DNA of 63,934 bases, filler included, from Octopus bimaculoides (Eukaryota): the NCBI RefSeq assembly GCF_001194135.2. It is 4 parts of 4 records of this genome, joined end to end, with 100 filler letters (N's around TTAATTAATTAA, not from the genome) between each part and the next. Parts side by side here need not be neighbours in the genome. Positions count along the whole stretch, not along the records: positions 1 to 19,442 come from NC_068983.1; 3 more parts are not named here. One strand, written 5' to 3'. The notes under the pieces were generated by a model. The model saw only the letters and a program-made list of their open reading frames with translations, was not told the DNA's origin and searched no databases. This document shows positions 1 through 12,620 of this stretch, piece by piece (within the stretch, counting starts at the first letter, position 1; each line of letters begins with the position of its first letter). The position numbers and the translations under genes were made by a program.

Positions 1-153
1 TGGTAAGTAGCTTGCCTACCAACCACATGGTTCTGGGTTCAGTCCCACTGCTTGGCACCTTGGGCAAGTGTCTTCTACTATAGCCTCGGGCCGACCAAAG
101 CCTTGTGAGTGGATTTGGTAGACAGAAACTGAAAGAAGCCCGTCATATATATG

Positions 154-186
<33 letters not shown>

Positions 187-420
187 GTGTGTGTGTGGGT
201 GTGGGTGTTTGTGTGTCTGTGTTTGTCTCCCCCAACATCGCTTGACAACAGATGCTGGTGTGTTTACATCCCTGTAACTTAGTGGTTCAGCAAAAAGAAA
301 CCAGTAGAATAAGTACTAGGCTTACAAAGAATAAGTCCTGGGGTCGATTTTCTCGACAAAAGGCATTGCTCCAGCATGACCGCAGTCAAATGACTGAAAC
401 AAGTAAAAGAGTAAAAGAGT
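1..420 (+). mobile_element. tRNA-derived SINE family A, 5' end cut by window edge
   Basis: Head with B-box-like GGTTCAGTCCC, body ...CCTTGGGCAAGTGTCTTCTACTATAGCC..., internal (TA)n(TG)n, tail ...GAAACAAGTAAAAGAGTAAAAGAG. Sister copies at 39083, 40963 and 51431. Confidence 0.85.
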
Positions 421-1080
421 ATATACCACAGAATCTGAGAAACTGGCCAACTACCTTGAACTGGTTTCAGCTATCATAGCTGTCTCCTTGTCTAGCTAAA
501 GAAAAACGTGCATTATCTGGAGCAGACAATGCCAGTGATTGGTCACATACTTTTTTAATAATTTTTGTTTTTATACATTGTTATCTTAACCTTTATGATT
601 TTTGTTATTTATTGTTCAATAAATGATTTAACAAAGTATACTCTGTGTATGTAAACTGAGATTCTTTCTTGTAGTAGTAACATATTAGAAAAATATGGTC
701 ACCCAATTGACATCACAATCATCGTCAACACAAATGCAACTAATAGCAAACAATACTTCATTAATTTGTGATCATTTTTTAATTAAATATTACACTCTGT
801 ACTCAACTAAAGCATTATTCTGAAGCATATGTATATAGAGTTCTAACACCAGGTTATTAGTGTCACTGTATCTAAGCAGAATATATAATAAATACACACA
901 CACGCACACACACGGACTTAAATTTACAGTTATCCCAAATTCTAACATATCAAATTAAAAGTACTGAGGGCTTTTTAAAAAATAAATTTTGACTACAAGA
1001 CTAGGGTTATTTACAAAAGTCCATCATATGTGAAAACAAAACATGGTCTAAACCTTTGATGAACAAGAGTTAAAACTTAG

Positions 1081-1620
1081 AGGAACATCTCTCTAAAGAA
1101 GAGCAAAAACATTGGAGTGTCTAGAGAAAAATTCCTCTGCTTTAATTAAAAAAGCTTACAAAGGAGAAGCCATTGTAATAATGCGCAAGAGCAATTGTGG
1201 AGAAATGACCTAAGAGCAATCAAAAGAAAAATTAAAGAACTTGGTACGGATAACAAATGATGAACAAAACTGGAAAATTAACAAATTCAAAGGTAATTTA
1301 ACAGAAAAAGTTTGATTGTCAAATTTTGAGGTAAAATCAAGCAACTTTTGTGGAGTATTAAAAAATTCATAAGTCTAAATAAATGTACATTACCTTAATG
1401 AATCACTACATCATATATAAAGATTGCCAAGCTGTCAGTTAAAAGGGACAGCAATGGACACAAGAGTTGCATCCACATTTGTAGCAATAGTGATAGGACC
1501 TTAAAAGACAAAAAAATTATGCGCAACCAGAGATTATTTTTTGTATCAGAGTTGCAAAACCTATTAAAAGAAAATTGGAAAAGATTTCTTGATAGCTGTT
1601 TTATATTTTGAAACAGAAAT
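1081..1620 (+). mobile_element. Degenerate Penelope-like retroelement reverse transcriptase fragment
   Basis: Broken frames give HLSKEEQK, LIKKAYKGEAIVIMRK, KGTAMDTRVASTF and RFLDSCFI. These match the PLE RT motifs IKKADKG..IVIM, QxxGTAMGxxxAP and RYIDD. Confidence 0.7.
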
Positions 1621-2289
1621 GTAGGAGATTTTAAAAATTAATTACATTTATTAATTGATGAAATTCACAATAGAAATAAATGAAAACCAGCTTCTACTTC
1701 TGCAAAGTCTAATAATTAAAAAACATTAGATCCATACTGTGAAGAAATGGCTACACACAAGTGTATATCTATCCATATTAAAAGAAATAAATAATTATAA
1801 TATGAGAAAACGTATATGTACAAAGTTACAGATTCAACTAGATGAGAGTTATGAATAATGAAGAATATTCCTTCAGAAATGAAAATGTCCAAAAGACTTA
1901 AGGTCATAACCAAGGCAAAATAAATACAAACCTTGACTTACAAAGAAACTCACACAATGAGGAGGTGGAAGCAAACAGAAATATTCCATTTTCTAGTCAC
2001 CCTAGAATCCCAGAAACCACAAAATCCTCAAAATAATAACTTAATCTTCTACACCAATCATCAAGTCTAAGTAAACCTATTAAAGTTCCACAAATTATTA
2101 ATGAACAAAGACAACCGGTAGTTTTTAAAAGACTTTCAAAAGTCAAATTCACATTGGAAGAAGAAATTATAAGAGTACCAAAATAGGATCCTTCATAGTA
2201 GGATGTGTGATTTGATTGAGTGAAGTGAACTAAAATAAATTCAAGAATGGGAGAAAATACAAGATGCTGATGTTAGACTGACCAACAGA

Positions 2290-2502
2290 TTAACCCTTTC
2301 ATTACTGTATTTATTTTGAGATGCTCTGTGTTTCTTCCAATTACTTTAAATATAACAAAGAATTTAGTAAAATAAATTTACCATTCTGCTAGTGTTAGGA
2401 ACATAATTTGTGGAAGATTTTAACTCAAAACTTATGAAAACAAGACATTTGTAGTACAGAGCCAGAAGCCGGTTTCAGCCAGGTTGGTAACGAAAGGGTT
2501 AA
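2290..2502. mobile_element. piggyBac-type MITE (~205 bp)
   Basis: TTAA|CCCTTTCATTAC ... GTAACGAAAGGG|TTAA: 12-bp imperfect TIRs with a TTAA target duplication. Confidence 0.7.
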
Positions 2503-2732
2503 GTCTACCACCCAAGAACTTATAATGCAAAGATCCAAAACAAACACTTTAGGCATACCCATCCGATGCTCTAACAGCTTTGTTACCTTATTATCCTGGA
2601 CTTTATTTTATTGACACAGAAAGGTTGAAAGACAAAATTAACCTCAGCAGATTTGAACTCAGAGTGAAGAGAGCTAAAACAAACAATAGCTAAAGAAGAA
2701 AAGAAGGATTTATATTTTGAATATACAGAAAC

Positions 2733-3120
2733 AGTGGAGGCACAATGGCCCAGTGGTTAGGGCAGCGGACTCACGGTCATAGAATCGCGGTTTCAATTCC
2801 CAGACCGGGCATTGTGAGTGTTTATTGAGCGAAAACACCTAAAGCTCCACAAGGCTCCGGCAGGGGATGGTGGCGAACCCTGCTGTACTCTTCCACCACA
2901 ACTTTCTCTCACTCTTATTTCCTGTTTCTGTTGTGCCTGTAATTCAAAGGGTCAGCCTTGTCACACTGTGTCACGCTGAGTATCCCCGAGAACTACGTTA
3001 AGGGTACACGTGTCTGTGGAATGCTCAACCACTTGCACGTTAATTTCACGAGCAGGCTGTTCTGTTGATCGGATCAACTGGAACCCTTGATGTCATAAGC
3101 GATGGAGTGCCAACAACAAC
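2733..3120 (+). mobile_element. tRNA-derived SINE family C, full length, CpG-decayed
   Basis: A-box/B-box head (TGGCCCAGTGGTTAG ... GTTTCAATTCCC) and (AAC)n tail. Aligns end to end with the reverse-strand copy at 27727-28113. Confidence 0.88.
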
Positions 3121-3764
3121 AAACAACAAACAATACAGAAACAAAATTTAATACTGAAATACAATTAATCGGTTGTTAACTGTTTGTGACACTTAAATGA
3201 TTTCGTCCCAATGGTATATTTAGGTCAACTTAATTTAGTTAAATTCTTTCATTGTATTGTATACCCTTATGTATAGTAACAGACAACAAAAAAAAAAAAA
3301 AAAAAAAAAGAATTATGTTTTCATAGTAGTTAACTTGTGTTAGGTCATCAGTGTGGCTTATTAGTGATGCAGTTGATTGAGGAATTAAATTTCATGATTA
3401 TTCCTGCTATGATATTAATTAAACATCAAAAAATAGAATTGACATTTTCTGCTTCGGCAATACTTTTTCAGTATGTCCTGTGTGGTTTTCATATCCACCA
3501 CTAAAACTATTTGATTCTTACTCTGTAATAACATATTTGATAAAATATGTAAAAAAAATTTTAGAAAATCTGAAAAATTGTCTTTTGTAAGAAGTGTTAC
3601 TGGGGGTGCCTTAGCTTTTTGTAGCATAAGGGGGTGTTTTTTCTTTTTCTTTTTTTAAACTGTAGGGTAAAACCACTTTTCTGCAGTTAACAATAATAAA
3701 GTTTAGAGCAGATATATTTGCTTTTCCTCGTCAATAGGTTAATTAGATATATTAGGTGCAAGTA

Positions 3765-3915
3765 AGGCTGTGTGGTAGAAGATTACTTCTCAGCCACATG
3801 GTTCTGGGTTCAGTCCCACTGCATGGTAACTTGGGCAAGTGTCTTTTACTATAGCCTTGGGCTTATCAAAGCCCTGTGAGTGGATTTGGTAGATGGAAAC
3901 TGAAAGAAGCTCATC

Positions 3916-3956
<41 letters not shown>

Positions 3957-4137
3957 ATATCTCGGAGTGGTTGGCGTGAGGAAAGGCATCCAGCTGTAGA
4001 AACCTTGCCTGATCAGATTGGAGCCTGGTACAGCCTGCTGGCTTGCCAGTCCTCAGTCAAATTGTCCAACCCATGCCAGAATGGAAAGTGGACGTTAAAC
4101 GATGATGATGATGATGATAATGAGGATAATGATGATG
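3765..4137 (+). mobile_element. SINE family A head with an alternative 3' tail ending in (GAT)n
   Basis: Same head and body as 1-420, then (TA)n, then GGAAAGGCATCCAGCTGTAGAAAC...CAACCCATGCC...GGACGTTAAACGATGATGATG. The same tail appears inverted at 14510-14660. Confidence 0.75.
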
Positions 4138-6361
4138 ATATTTTATGTGTGTGTGTGTGTGTCTATATTTGTACCCATTTTTACATCCAGACACACATGT
4201 ACACATATGTATGTATGCCTGCACATACATACATACATACACAAACACATTTATATGGAGGGGAGAGGGAGACTATGTTGATATTATTTCATTATTATTT
4301 CACCATTATTCTCCCTCCCCATTCCCACCTGTATCACAAATGTTAATATTTCAAAATATTCCCTGATAATTTGTCACAAAAGACATATTAGTTTGCTACT
4401 TTTACTGTTAGAGACATGTCTTTGTTTGTACATAGATATTTTAACGATGAAACTATTGTCATTAATTAATCGAGCAACTTTTTGAGAAATACAAGAAACA
4501 TCTGAAAAAAGAAGAAAACAATATAAATTTCTCAAATAGTTTTCTAAAGCTTTTCAGTTAGAAGATGCAAGAGTCTGTCATGTGATTGACTGAACGTGAC
4601 ACGTATTGAAAAATCCTTACAAGATACGCTCTAGTATAAAATTTCCTATTGTCAGATATTAAAATGATGGAATACAGAAAGACATGTCCAAACTAATAAG
4701 CTAAATCAAATTAGTAAGATCTCGATCAGGTTTCTACATGGAAATATATCGAGCTAGCAACACACTCAAGTAGTTGCATATATCTAGTGACATCTTAATC
4801 TCTCATTGAGTTGTGCATTTAGTATTTACTCAAGTGGTCTTGTTGGACTGTTAAACTGGAATTTTATCTCATCTTTTCAAATGTTCCCTAATGATACATC
4901 CATTAGCTTGTTAATTTGTTTTTTAGATTTGGCACAGAAGAAGAAACCATAGAATTGTTACTATTGGTAACTATTTTGAAAACTTGGTTCGAATTCAGTC
5001 CAGATTGAGTGAAGATTTTATACCTCAAGTTTTGATAAAATAACATTAAATTGACTCAAATGAAACAAAGTGGCTCCAAGGGTTTGTATACATAACTGAT
5101 AGGTTTGGTGAACAGACTGATGTCTGTGATCTCCAGCTCTAACCATGTCAGAACGGTACCGCAAAGATAGAGTTATGATAGGCTAGCACTATAGTTCTCA
5201 AATAATGTCCTCACTGCACTTTAGCACAGTGCATATTTTAAAAAATATAATTTAAGACTTAATAAAATGCATACTAATGTTCGATCGAATTGTAAAGCAT
5301 GTTACCCATAATGGCATGATATGCATGACTGATTTATAAAATGAATGTTTTAAGGTTTCTGTATTTTTTTTTTAATTTTTAATCTTAAAACAGACTTTTC
5401 AAAACTTTCTATTCAAAATGCACAGTAATATTTTGATCCCTAGTGCACCACAAGATCAAACATGATGAACCAGTAGACTTGTGTCTAGATGTGCTTTTCA
5501 TAATGCTATGGAAACTGTCAATTCACGAGACTGTTTAGACAAATCTATTAATATAATTGGCAGTCTATTTCTGTCTCTCCCTTTTACTCCATTCCCACCA
5601 AGGTAATAAATGATCTTTTTAAATTTTCTCCCTTGGTTACTATATACTAACTTGAGTGTCATCTGTTAAATAAGGAGTAATGTTGGAAATATACTTTTGC
5701 CACTGTTGATAGTATCAAGTGTTACATCTGCAATTAAACTTACTGTTATACCATATAATTATTACCGATCACAGATATCTATTGCAGATCTTTTCTGTTT
5801 GGTTGCCACTTTTCAATTTCTTCAATTTCTGTTCCAATTGATTTTGTATTTGGTGTAATGATGTAGTTTATATGTTAATCATTGACATGAAATTCATTTT
5901 TGCCATAAATCAATAAATAAAGTTAATAGCTTTTAAAGTTTATAAATTTGGGGTAATTTTAGCCATTCATAAGCCACAGACACATTCATACCTGTTTCCT
6001 TAGAAACAAGCCAAACATAAGATCTCTTTTGTCTGCGAGCAAGCACATGTATTGACAAATATATTCTATGTGGGAAATTTTTTTCTGTTTTGAAAATTAC
6101 TATTCATTTCATTAGTATTTTTTCCTTATGAAATGAAATCTGGAAAAAGTAAAAATTATAATTATTGAGCATAACTACAGATGTGTGCCTCACTGGTTTT
6201 GTTTCTTCATAACTTTCTGAAAAATTTATATTTTTCCAATTAAACTAGGTCTTTACTCATCAATACACAGCCAGTAAAAATATTTGTTAATCATGGCTCC
6301 AAGTAGTAGACTGTTATATAGTCTTTTTAGTTACTATGGTGACAACACTCTACCTATATAT

Positions 6362-6480
<119 letters not shown>

Positions 6481-7239
6481 TCACTGTATTTCTCTCTCAA
6501 CAATAACCTGTTTTTTTTTCTTGAAACAAATTTTAATTCTATCTTCCACACACACACATACACTTTCTCACTGAATTTCTCTCTCAACAATAACAACAAC
6601 TTGTCATGATAGTGAAATTCTTTTTTTAAAGTCTGTTTTACATTATTTCTATGTTGAAAGACATATAGAAACGTTCACACACAGAGACACACATACACAC
6701 ACACATACATACACACATGCACACACACACACACACACACACACTTACAAACAATCAAAAAGATAACTATCTATTGTTATATAGTGAATATCATTTATTT
6801 TTTTAAAGTTTGTGTTGTGCCATGTGGACAGACTTGCACTTAAAATACCTGTGTTTTTAATCCAAACTTGTTAGTTACTATGGCGAAAACACTACCTATC
6901 ACACACACTTTCTCTATCTCACTATTTCTCTCTCAACAACAACTTTTTCTGCTCCCTTTCTAAATATATGTTGTAACAGGGGTTATCTCCCCTCTTGATT
7001 CCCCCCCCTTCTTCTCCTCCTCCACATATATCTGTGACAGACAGACAAACAGGGTCACTTCTTTTGTATAATATAAGTTTTTCCAGAAGTACATTTTAGT
7101 TGGTGTAGATTTGGGTTGTATCAGAATTTGATGTGCAAACAAAGTTTTGGTATGAGGTCACATAATTCACAAACCTTGACTTATTTGTTTCCTCATACGT
7201 TTTGATAAGGAGAGTGAATTATCAATAACATTATTATGA

Positions 7240-9900
7240 ATTTCTATTTTCATTTTCTTCACATTCTAAAGTAAAGTTAAAGCTGACAGTCTCTCTTTGC
7301 TCGTTGAAGCTCTCACATTAGAAAAGCTCGATTTTAACTGAAAGATTGCTCACATCTGACAACTGAAATTGCATTAGTGAGCCTTACCTGAATAGCTACA
7401 CTCAAATATGGAAAAATATTTTCATTTCCATACTAAATAGTAAAGTTTAAGAACTTTTTAATCTTAGAAATTCAAATGTTTAGGCAATTTTTCAGTAGCA
7501 TTGTTTATTTCAACATTCTTCTCAAATAATATGCCTTGAAGTAAACTATTATACCTTGATCCTTTGGCTGGAACAAAGAAGATATGCTCTTGGAGATATA
7601 TATTTCAATCTCATGTTATCAGAAATAGTTTTTAAAATTTACTGTGTGCATTGCATATAAGAAACAATGCCTTGTTGGAAATATGCCTTACACTGTTCTT
7701 TTCTACAGCAGGGAAAAAATCAGTCTTACTAATAACTTCTAGTCATTTGAACACTTGAACACAAGTAGATTAAACTTTGTAGCCCTTGAAAGCTATTGGA
7801 TATTCAGAGTGTTACAAAAGAAGGGACTTTAATTTCAAGTCACCAGCATCATTTCTTTAAATGGATAAATTTGCAATATCAGTGCTATAAAACCATTCAA
7901 GGTTGTGATAAATTTCCTTTTTAAGATATATGTTATGAAAACTGTTACTTTGATCTGAGTCTAACATATTTTTCTTCCATTTGGTTAAGAAAGCAATATT
8001 TCATTATTCTCTCAATTACTTTTACATTACAGCTAATTCTGCACAACTGAAGATTCTGCAGCTATTTGTCTTCTTTTTGGAATGTTTTTTTTTCTACTTG
8101 AATATCCTACTCATTACATAGTTTCAACCTAGTGAGTCACTAGTAAATGATTTTCAACTGCTCATAATATAACCTTAGAAGGGTTTTAAATCACAATAAG
8201 CATCATGAAAGTTCATGGCATGATCTTAGAGCAGTTTCTGAACATGGTCAATCCAATAAAATTGTAATCAATATTTAATGATTTGGTTCAGTACATATCT
8301 TGCATCACCTCTTGTACTAGTACACCTGTAGTTCGATTTTGATAATCAACCATGCTTTACAAAATTTCTACTATGATACCAATGTATTTTCATGAATTGG
8401 TTTCACAATCACTGTTCAGGAATTCTATTGTGTTTCAGATTTAAATTTGACAACTATTGGTATGGCAACTTTCAGCTTATATCAATATAAACAAGTTAAA
8501 CAAAAAAGAATGAATAAAACAAATGAATTGCACCAAAACGTTACCACCAATATATCATTGTTAGCAGAATGAACTCCAAACCAAACTGTTGAATGATTAT
8601 CACAGTTCAAAAAAAAAAAAAAAAAAAAAAAAACACTAAGCAATTTTGTTTACATTAATCTTCTGTTAAACACCACATTTATAAGCCACCATAACTACAG
8701 CAATGTCATAACACCGAGATTGAGAGTTTTCTTGCAACACTTTTTTTGTAATTTGTTCTAAAATTACCTCAACTATCTTTTCAACATTCTTTCGTTTTAA
8801 TTGGATAAATCCAAAGGAAATAACTCTTTTATAAATATTGTTTTCTCCTTGGTCTAGATAGGTTTGATATGGAATATAACACAAACATGAAATGAAAATA
8901 TCTGGCCTTATGATTTCTATGTAGCAATTTCTAGTGAACTATGGAACCCATCAGCTGAATACAACCATTCTGCACTAATGGGGGAAAAATATGATATTCT
9001 TTCAGAAATATTCTTCCACAAATTCATCAACAATTTTAATAATAAGCCTCCAAGATATTCAAAATTGCCCTTCTTTTCCTATCTATGGAATTCATGTAAA
9101 TATACAAAGTTTTGAGTTGAAAATCTTTATGCAAGAGAGAATTCTGTGAAGAGCATCTCACCATTCTTTTTCTGGTGCAATTTGAGCTTGAAGCTCTGCA
9201 TTAATGATTCCTCAATTTTCTAAAAGATTTCTTTCTGTTTTCCTCCATTGAGTATTTCATTTTGCTTTTCAATGGTGTGAAACTATTCTAGTGCTTCCTA
9301 ATAATTGACTTTATTATCTTGTCTCAATAAAAATTGATTAGCATTTTGTAAAAACAGCAAAGGAAAGCAAAAAACTGTTTTTCTTCTCCAGAAAATAAAC
9401 AAGCCATGAGTGCTAAACTTTTTCTTCACATTTCTCTCTCAACATTCATTTATACCATTTTTCACTCATTCATTGATTTTGGCGATGAAAATATGATCCT
9501 ATACTTTTTTGAAAATATTTTGAACCCTATTTCATCCACAAAGCATGTATGATAGAATTGCATTTTAATATTTTACAAAATTTCAAGAAGCCTATATATG
9601 AGAATGCCAAATTATGTTTGATGTAGGCTGTACTGCGTCTTCCTGTTTTATGATACTTCAAGTTTTAGTATCTTCTGCTTCTTTGAAAGACATTTTTTTT
9701 CTTTAAATGGCACTTAATTCTCCTTTTGATACACTGGTGGGTTGATCTATTATCATTTTGAATGCTGTTAATACTAATGGAAGACTAGATTGTTCAAGAA
9801 AGGGCTTCATAAAACCAATAAAACCACTTTATTTCTTAACTTCTTGCATTTTCCCTTTCTTCTTACTTTCTGCCCACTCAGTTTCATTTTCAGCATCAAC
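7240..9900 (-). mobile_element. Degenerate hAT-superfamily transposase (ZMYM1-like, TTF zinc finger)
   Basis: Frameshifted minus-strand fragments occur in the expected order: HSWLVY and TVFCFP.LF (ZnF_TTF, ~9350-9420); QNGCIQLMGSIV..KARYF (~8890-8990); KRVISFGFIQL..EKIVEVIL and SRCYDIAVVM...GV (8666-8884); AISVVRCEQSFS and RASTSKERLSALTLL (hAT C-terminal dimerisation domain, ~7260-7390). Many stops. Confidence 0.8.
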
Positions 9901-10197
9901 AATGCTTGCTTCATTGTCAGTTTTTCTTAAGAAGCACACACAATGATACCTACATGCAAACAAACATACACACATACTTATATGTCTAAGAATCCATAAG
10001 TTAGAAAAACCAGCACTCATACATTTGGCTATATTAATCAAAGTATATAGTATTGTAGATCCAATTCAGCCAACATTATTTCAATGCCTGACCTGTCTGA
10101 AGAGCACATATATTTAGATAATTGTCCTATTATCTAATATCCAGATATCTAACATTCATCTGAAATTGGTATATGGTACTGTAGATTTTGATTGATG

Positions 10198-10318
10198 AGT
10201 GGCTGTGTGGTAAGAAGCTTGCTTCCCACCCACATTGTTCCAGGTTCGGTCCCACTGTGTGGCACCTTGGGCAAGTGTCTTCTGCTAACCAAAGCCTTGT
10301 GAGTGGATTTGGTAGATA
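10198..10318 (+). mobile_element. SINE family A, 5' fragment
   Basis: GGCTGTGTGGTAAGAAGCTTGC...CCTTGGGCAAGTGTCTTC...GTGGATTTGGTAGA. Confidence 0.8.
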
Positions 10319-10739
10319 TTTAATTTATTGAAGTTATAACCCTTTGATTGTGACCAAAGTGGGCCATCCCAGGATACAAGTTATTTCCTTGCAAGGTGGA
10401 GTCACGGTCAGGGTAATTGTGGGGTAGGGCAGAGGTGCAGAGAGAAGAATGGGGTAGGGATGGGAGATGAGGAGTGGATCAAATTTTTTAAATATGTGTA
10501 GTCATGTACATGTGTGTGTGTGTGGGTGTATGCGTGTATGGGGGTTATATATAAAATTTGGGTGTGACAAATCTTATATTAATTCCTGACATTGTGATGA
10601 GGAGAAATACTGAGGAGAAATATTGATGGGAGAGAGCCAACATTCATATGTGAGCAGTTGGCCAGGTAGCTAAGGCATATCTCTGCTCATTAGAGCAGGA
10701 GCAAAAAAGCCCTCACTTTTACAGTTTACAGAGATATCT

Positions 10740-11405
10740 GAGTGAAGAGACTTTTTCAATATGACTCATTTCTTTCCCAAGCAAAATCTACATCCCCTGC
10801 AGCTGTTAAAGTAAGTTTTTCACTTTTCACATCTCCTCCACTTGATGTCATAATGTGCAATGTTTTCCTTCACAGTCCATATGTACATGTCTTGCTAGAG
10901 TGACAATCTTTCCTGGATATTAACAAGGACTAGTGGTTGTTTTTGCTCTTGAAGAGACCTTTTGTTGCACCCACATATTTGACATCACTTCCACTCCATA
11001 CACAACAGTTTCTGTATTGTATTAGCTGTTTAGTGAGTATGTGGTATTACCTCTGCAGGGCTAACCAGCCTCTATTCTAGGTTTTGGCCCATTTGCTAAT
11101 ATTTTCTTTTTGTTAGATGCACAGCTAAAAAAAAAGCCCTCAAATTTCATCTATTGAATATTTTCTTACACCTATGTGTCTGGTGGAAATGCTTACTGAC
11201 TAGATTAAGGAAGATCCTACCTACACAAGTTTTTATGTAGTGCCTGGTTGAAGAGAGCTCTTCAATATAATTCTTTTCTTATCCAAGCAGAATCTGCACT
11301 TCCTACTGCTGTTAAAGCAAGGTCTTCACTTTCCTAATGTCCGGCACTTGATGTCATTATGCATAGTATTTTCTTCCAGTATCTGTTCATGTCTTGCTAG
11401 ATTTG
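10740..11405 (-). mobile_element. Two decayed Penelope GIY-YIG C-terminal fragments (~10740-10910 and ~11230-11405)
   Basis: The two segments are mutually similar. Minus translations LARH..WTVKENIAHYDIKW..YFNSCRGCRFCLGKK and LARH...PCFNSSRKCRFCLDKK match the PLE pattern W.LK....Y.I.W...Y....C.LCL.EK. Confidence 0.6.
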
Positions 11406-11933
11406 TTACCTACCAAAGCAAGTTAAGGGTGATTCTAATTTTGTAGATTCTTCTGCTATCTTAACCAGATTCCTGAAAACTATAAGCAAAAGGATCTCCA
11501 ATCTATCTTTGAATAAGTATATCTATGATGCCACAACTGCATGCTATAATGAGTGTCTGGGTGTCAGTGGTTTCAAGGACTGGATTAGTTATATGTCCAA
11601 CCTAAGCTTACTAAGAGAAATGCAATGTAATATTATATAGTTCACACTCGCATTTCCCTTAATGTAAAAACTTATATAGATGGCTCTTCTTTTCAATAAG
11701 ACACATGTCCACTCACATCAAAGTAAATTACAAATTCTGTATGTCTTTTCCAGTATATTGTACCCCTGTAATCTTCCCCTCTTAAATTAACTCTTTAACA
11801 TGGATTCTGAAGAGCTTGCCTTTCTTTAGCTTTCTTGTACCTTGCAACATCAAGTATGAATAAATAGCAGTTGTCATGGGATTGAATTCTTCAGTTCTAT
11901 TCAGATTCTGTAAATATCATAGAATATAGCACT

Positions 11934-12620
11934 TGTAAGGGACCAATCGATGCAAGGAGATGAGAATAGCTCTTTAGTATATCACACAGCTCTTACAATA
12001 AATGTATAAATTGAATGGTATATATAAGTGCCAGAGGGAAAATGGAGACACAACCATGTAGAATGATTAAAAGAAGATTTATTGATATGTAAACAGACCG
12101 TCATGAGAACCAATGTGCATGTAAGCATAGATGTATGCACGTGTTAAGAACATATAAGAATGGTAATGAAGAGGATAGTGAAAGAGTCTATAGCCATTGA
12201 AGTGAGAAGTTCATAGACACAAGAAAGAGAATAACAGTTTGTGGTCAACTGTATACAGTAGGTGAAATACTGTATCAAGAAGTCGCAGTCATGATGCTGA
12301 GCCAGTTACTGGTACAGGTCATACGTGAAGCTGTGGCTGTGATGCTACTGCTTGGGTCATTTGATACAGGAGTTAATGCAGGCTGTTGATCCATGGTGAA
12401 GTAATTCATGAACAGTGAAGTGTTGGTGGGTTGTTTGCTGAGCTGTGTACGTAGAGAGATGATGTTGACGACATTGAGAACATGATGGTGGCGACAAAGA
12501 TGGAGGTTGCCGTAGTGCTGTTGGATGAAGTTGATAAGTCTCAACATAGCTGCTGTGGTGTTGTCACTAGAACTGGCTGTGTCTTGTGTGGTCAGTGGCT
12601 AAATCTTAAAAGGTCTGGAA
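11934..12620 (-). repeat. Dispersed repeat with Thr/Ser-rich low-complexity segment, possibly the 3' part and LTR of an LTR retroelement
   Basis: Shares anchor words with 39937-40450 on the + strand (gaccacaca, ccagtt..agYgacRac, ctctac..gtacaca, ttcttcacc/tacttcacc, catgacggYctgt). Ends ...ttggtcccttaca on the minus strand. The LTR identity is a guess. Confidence 0.45.
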
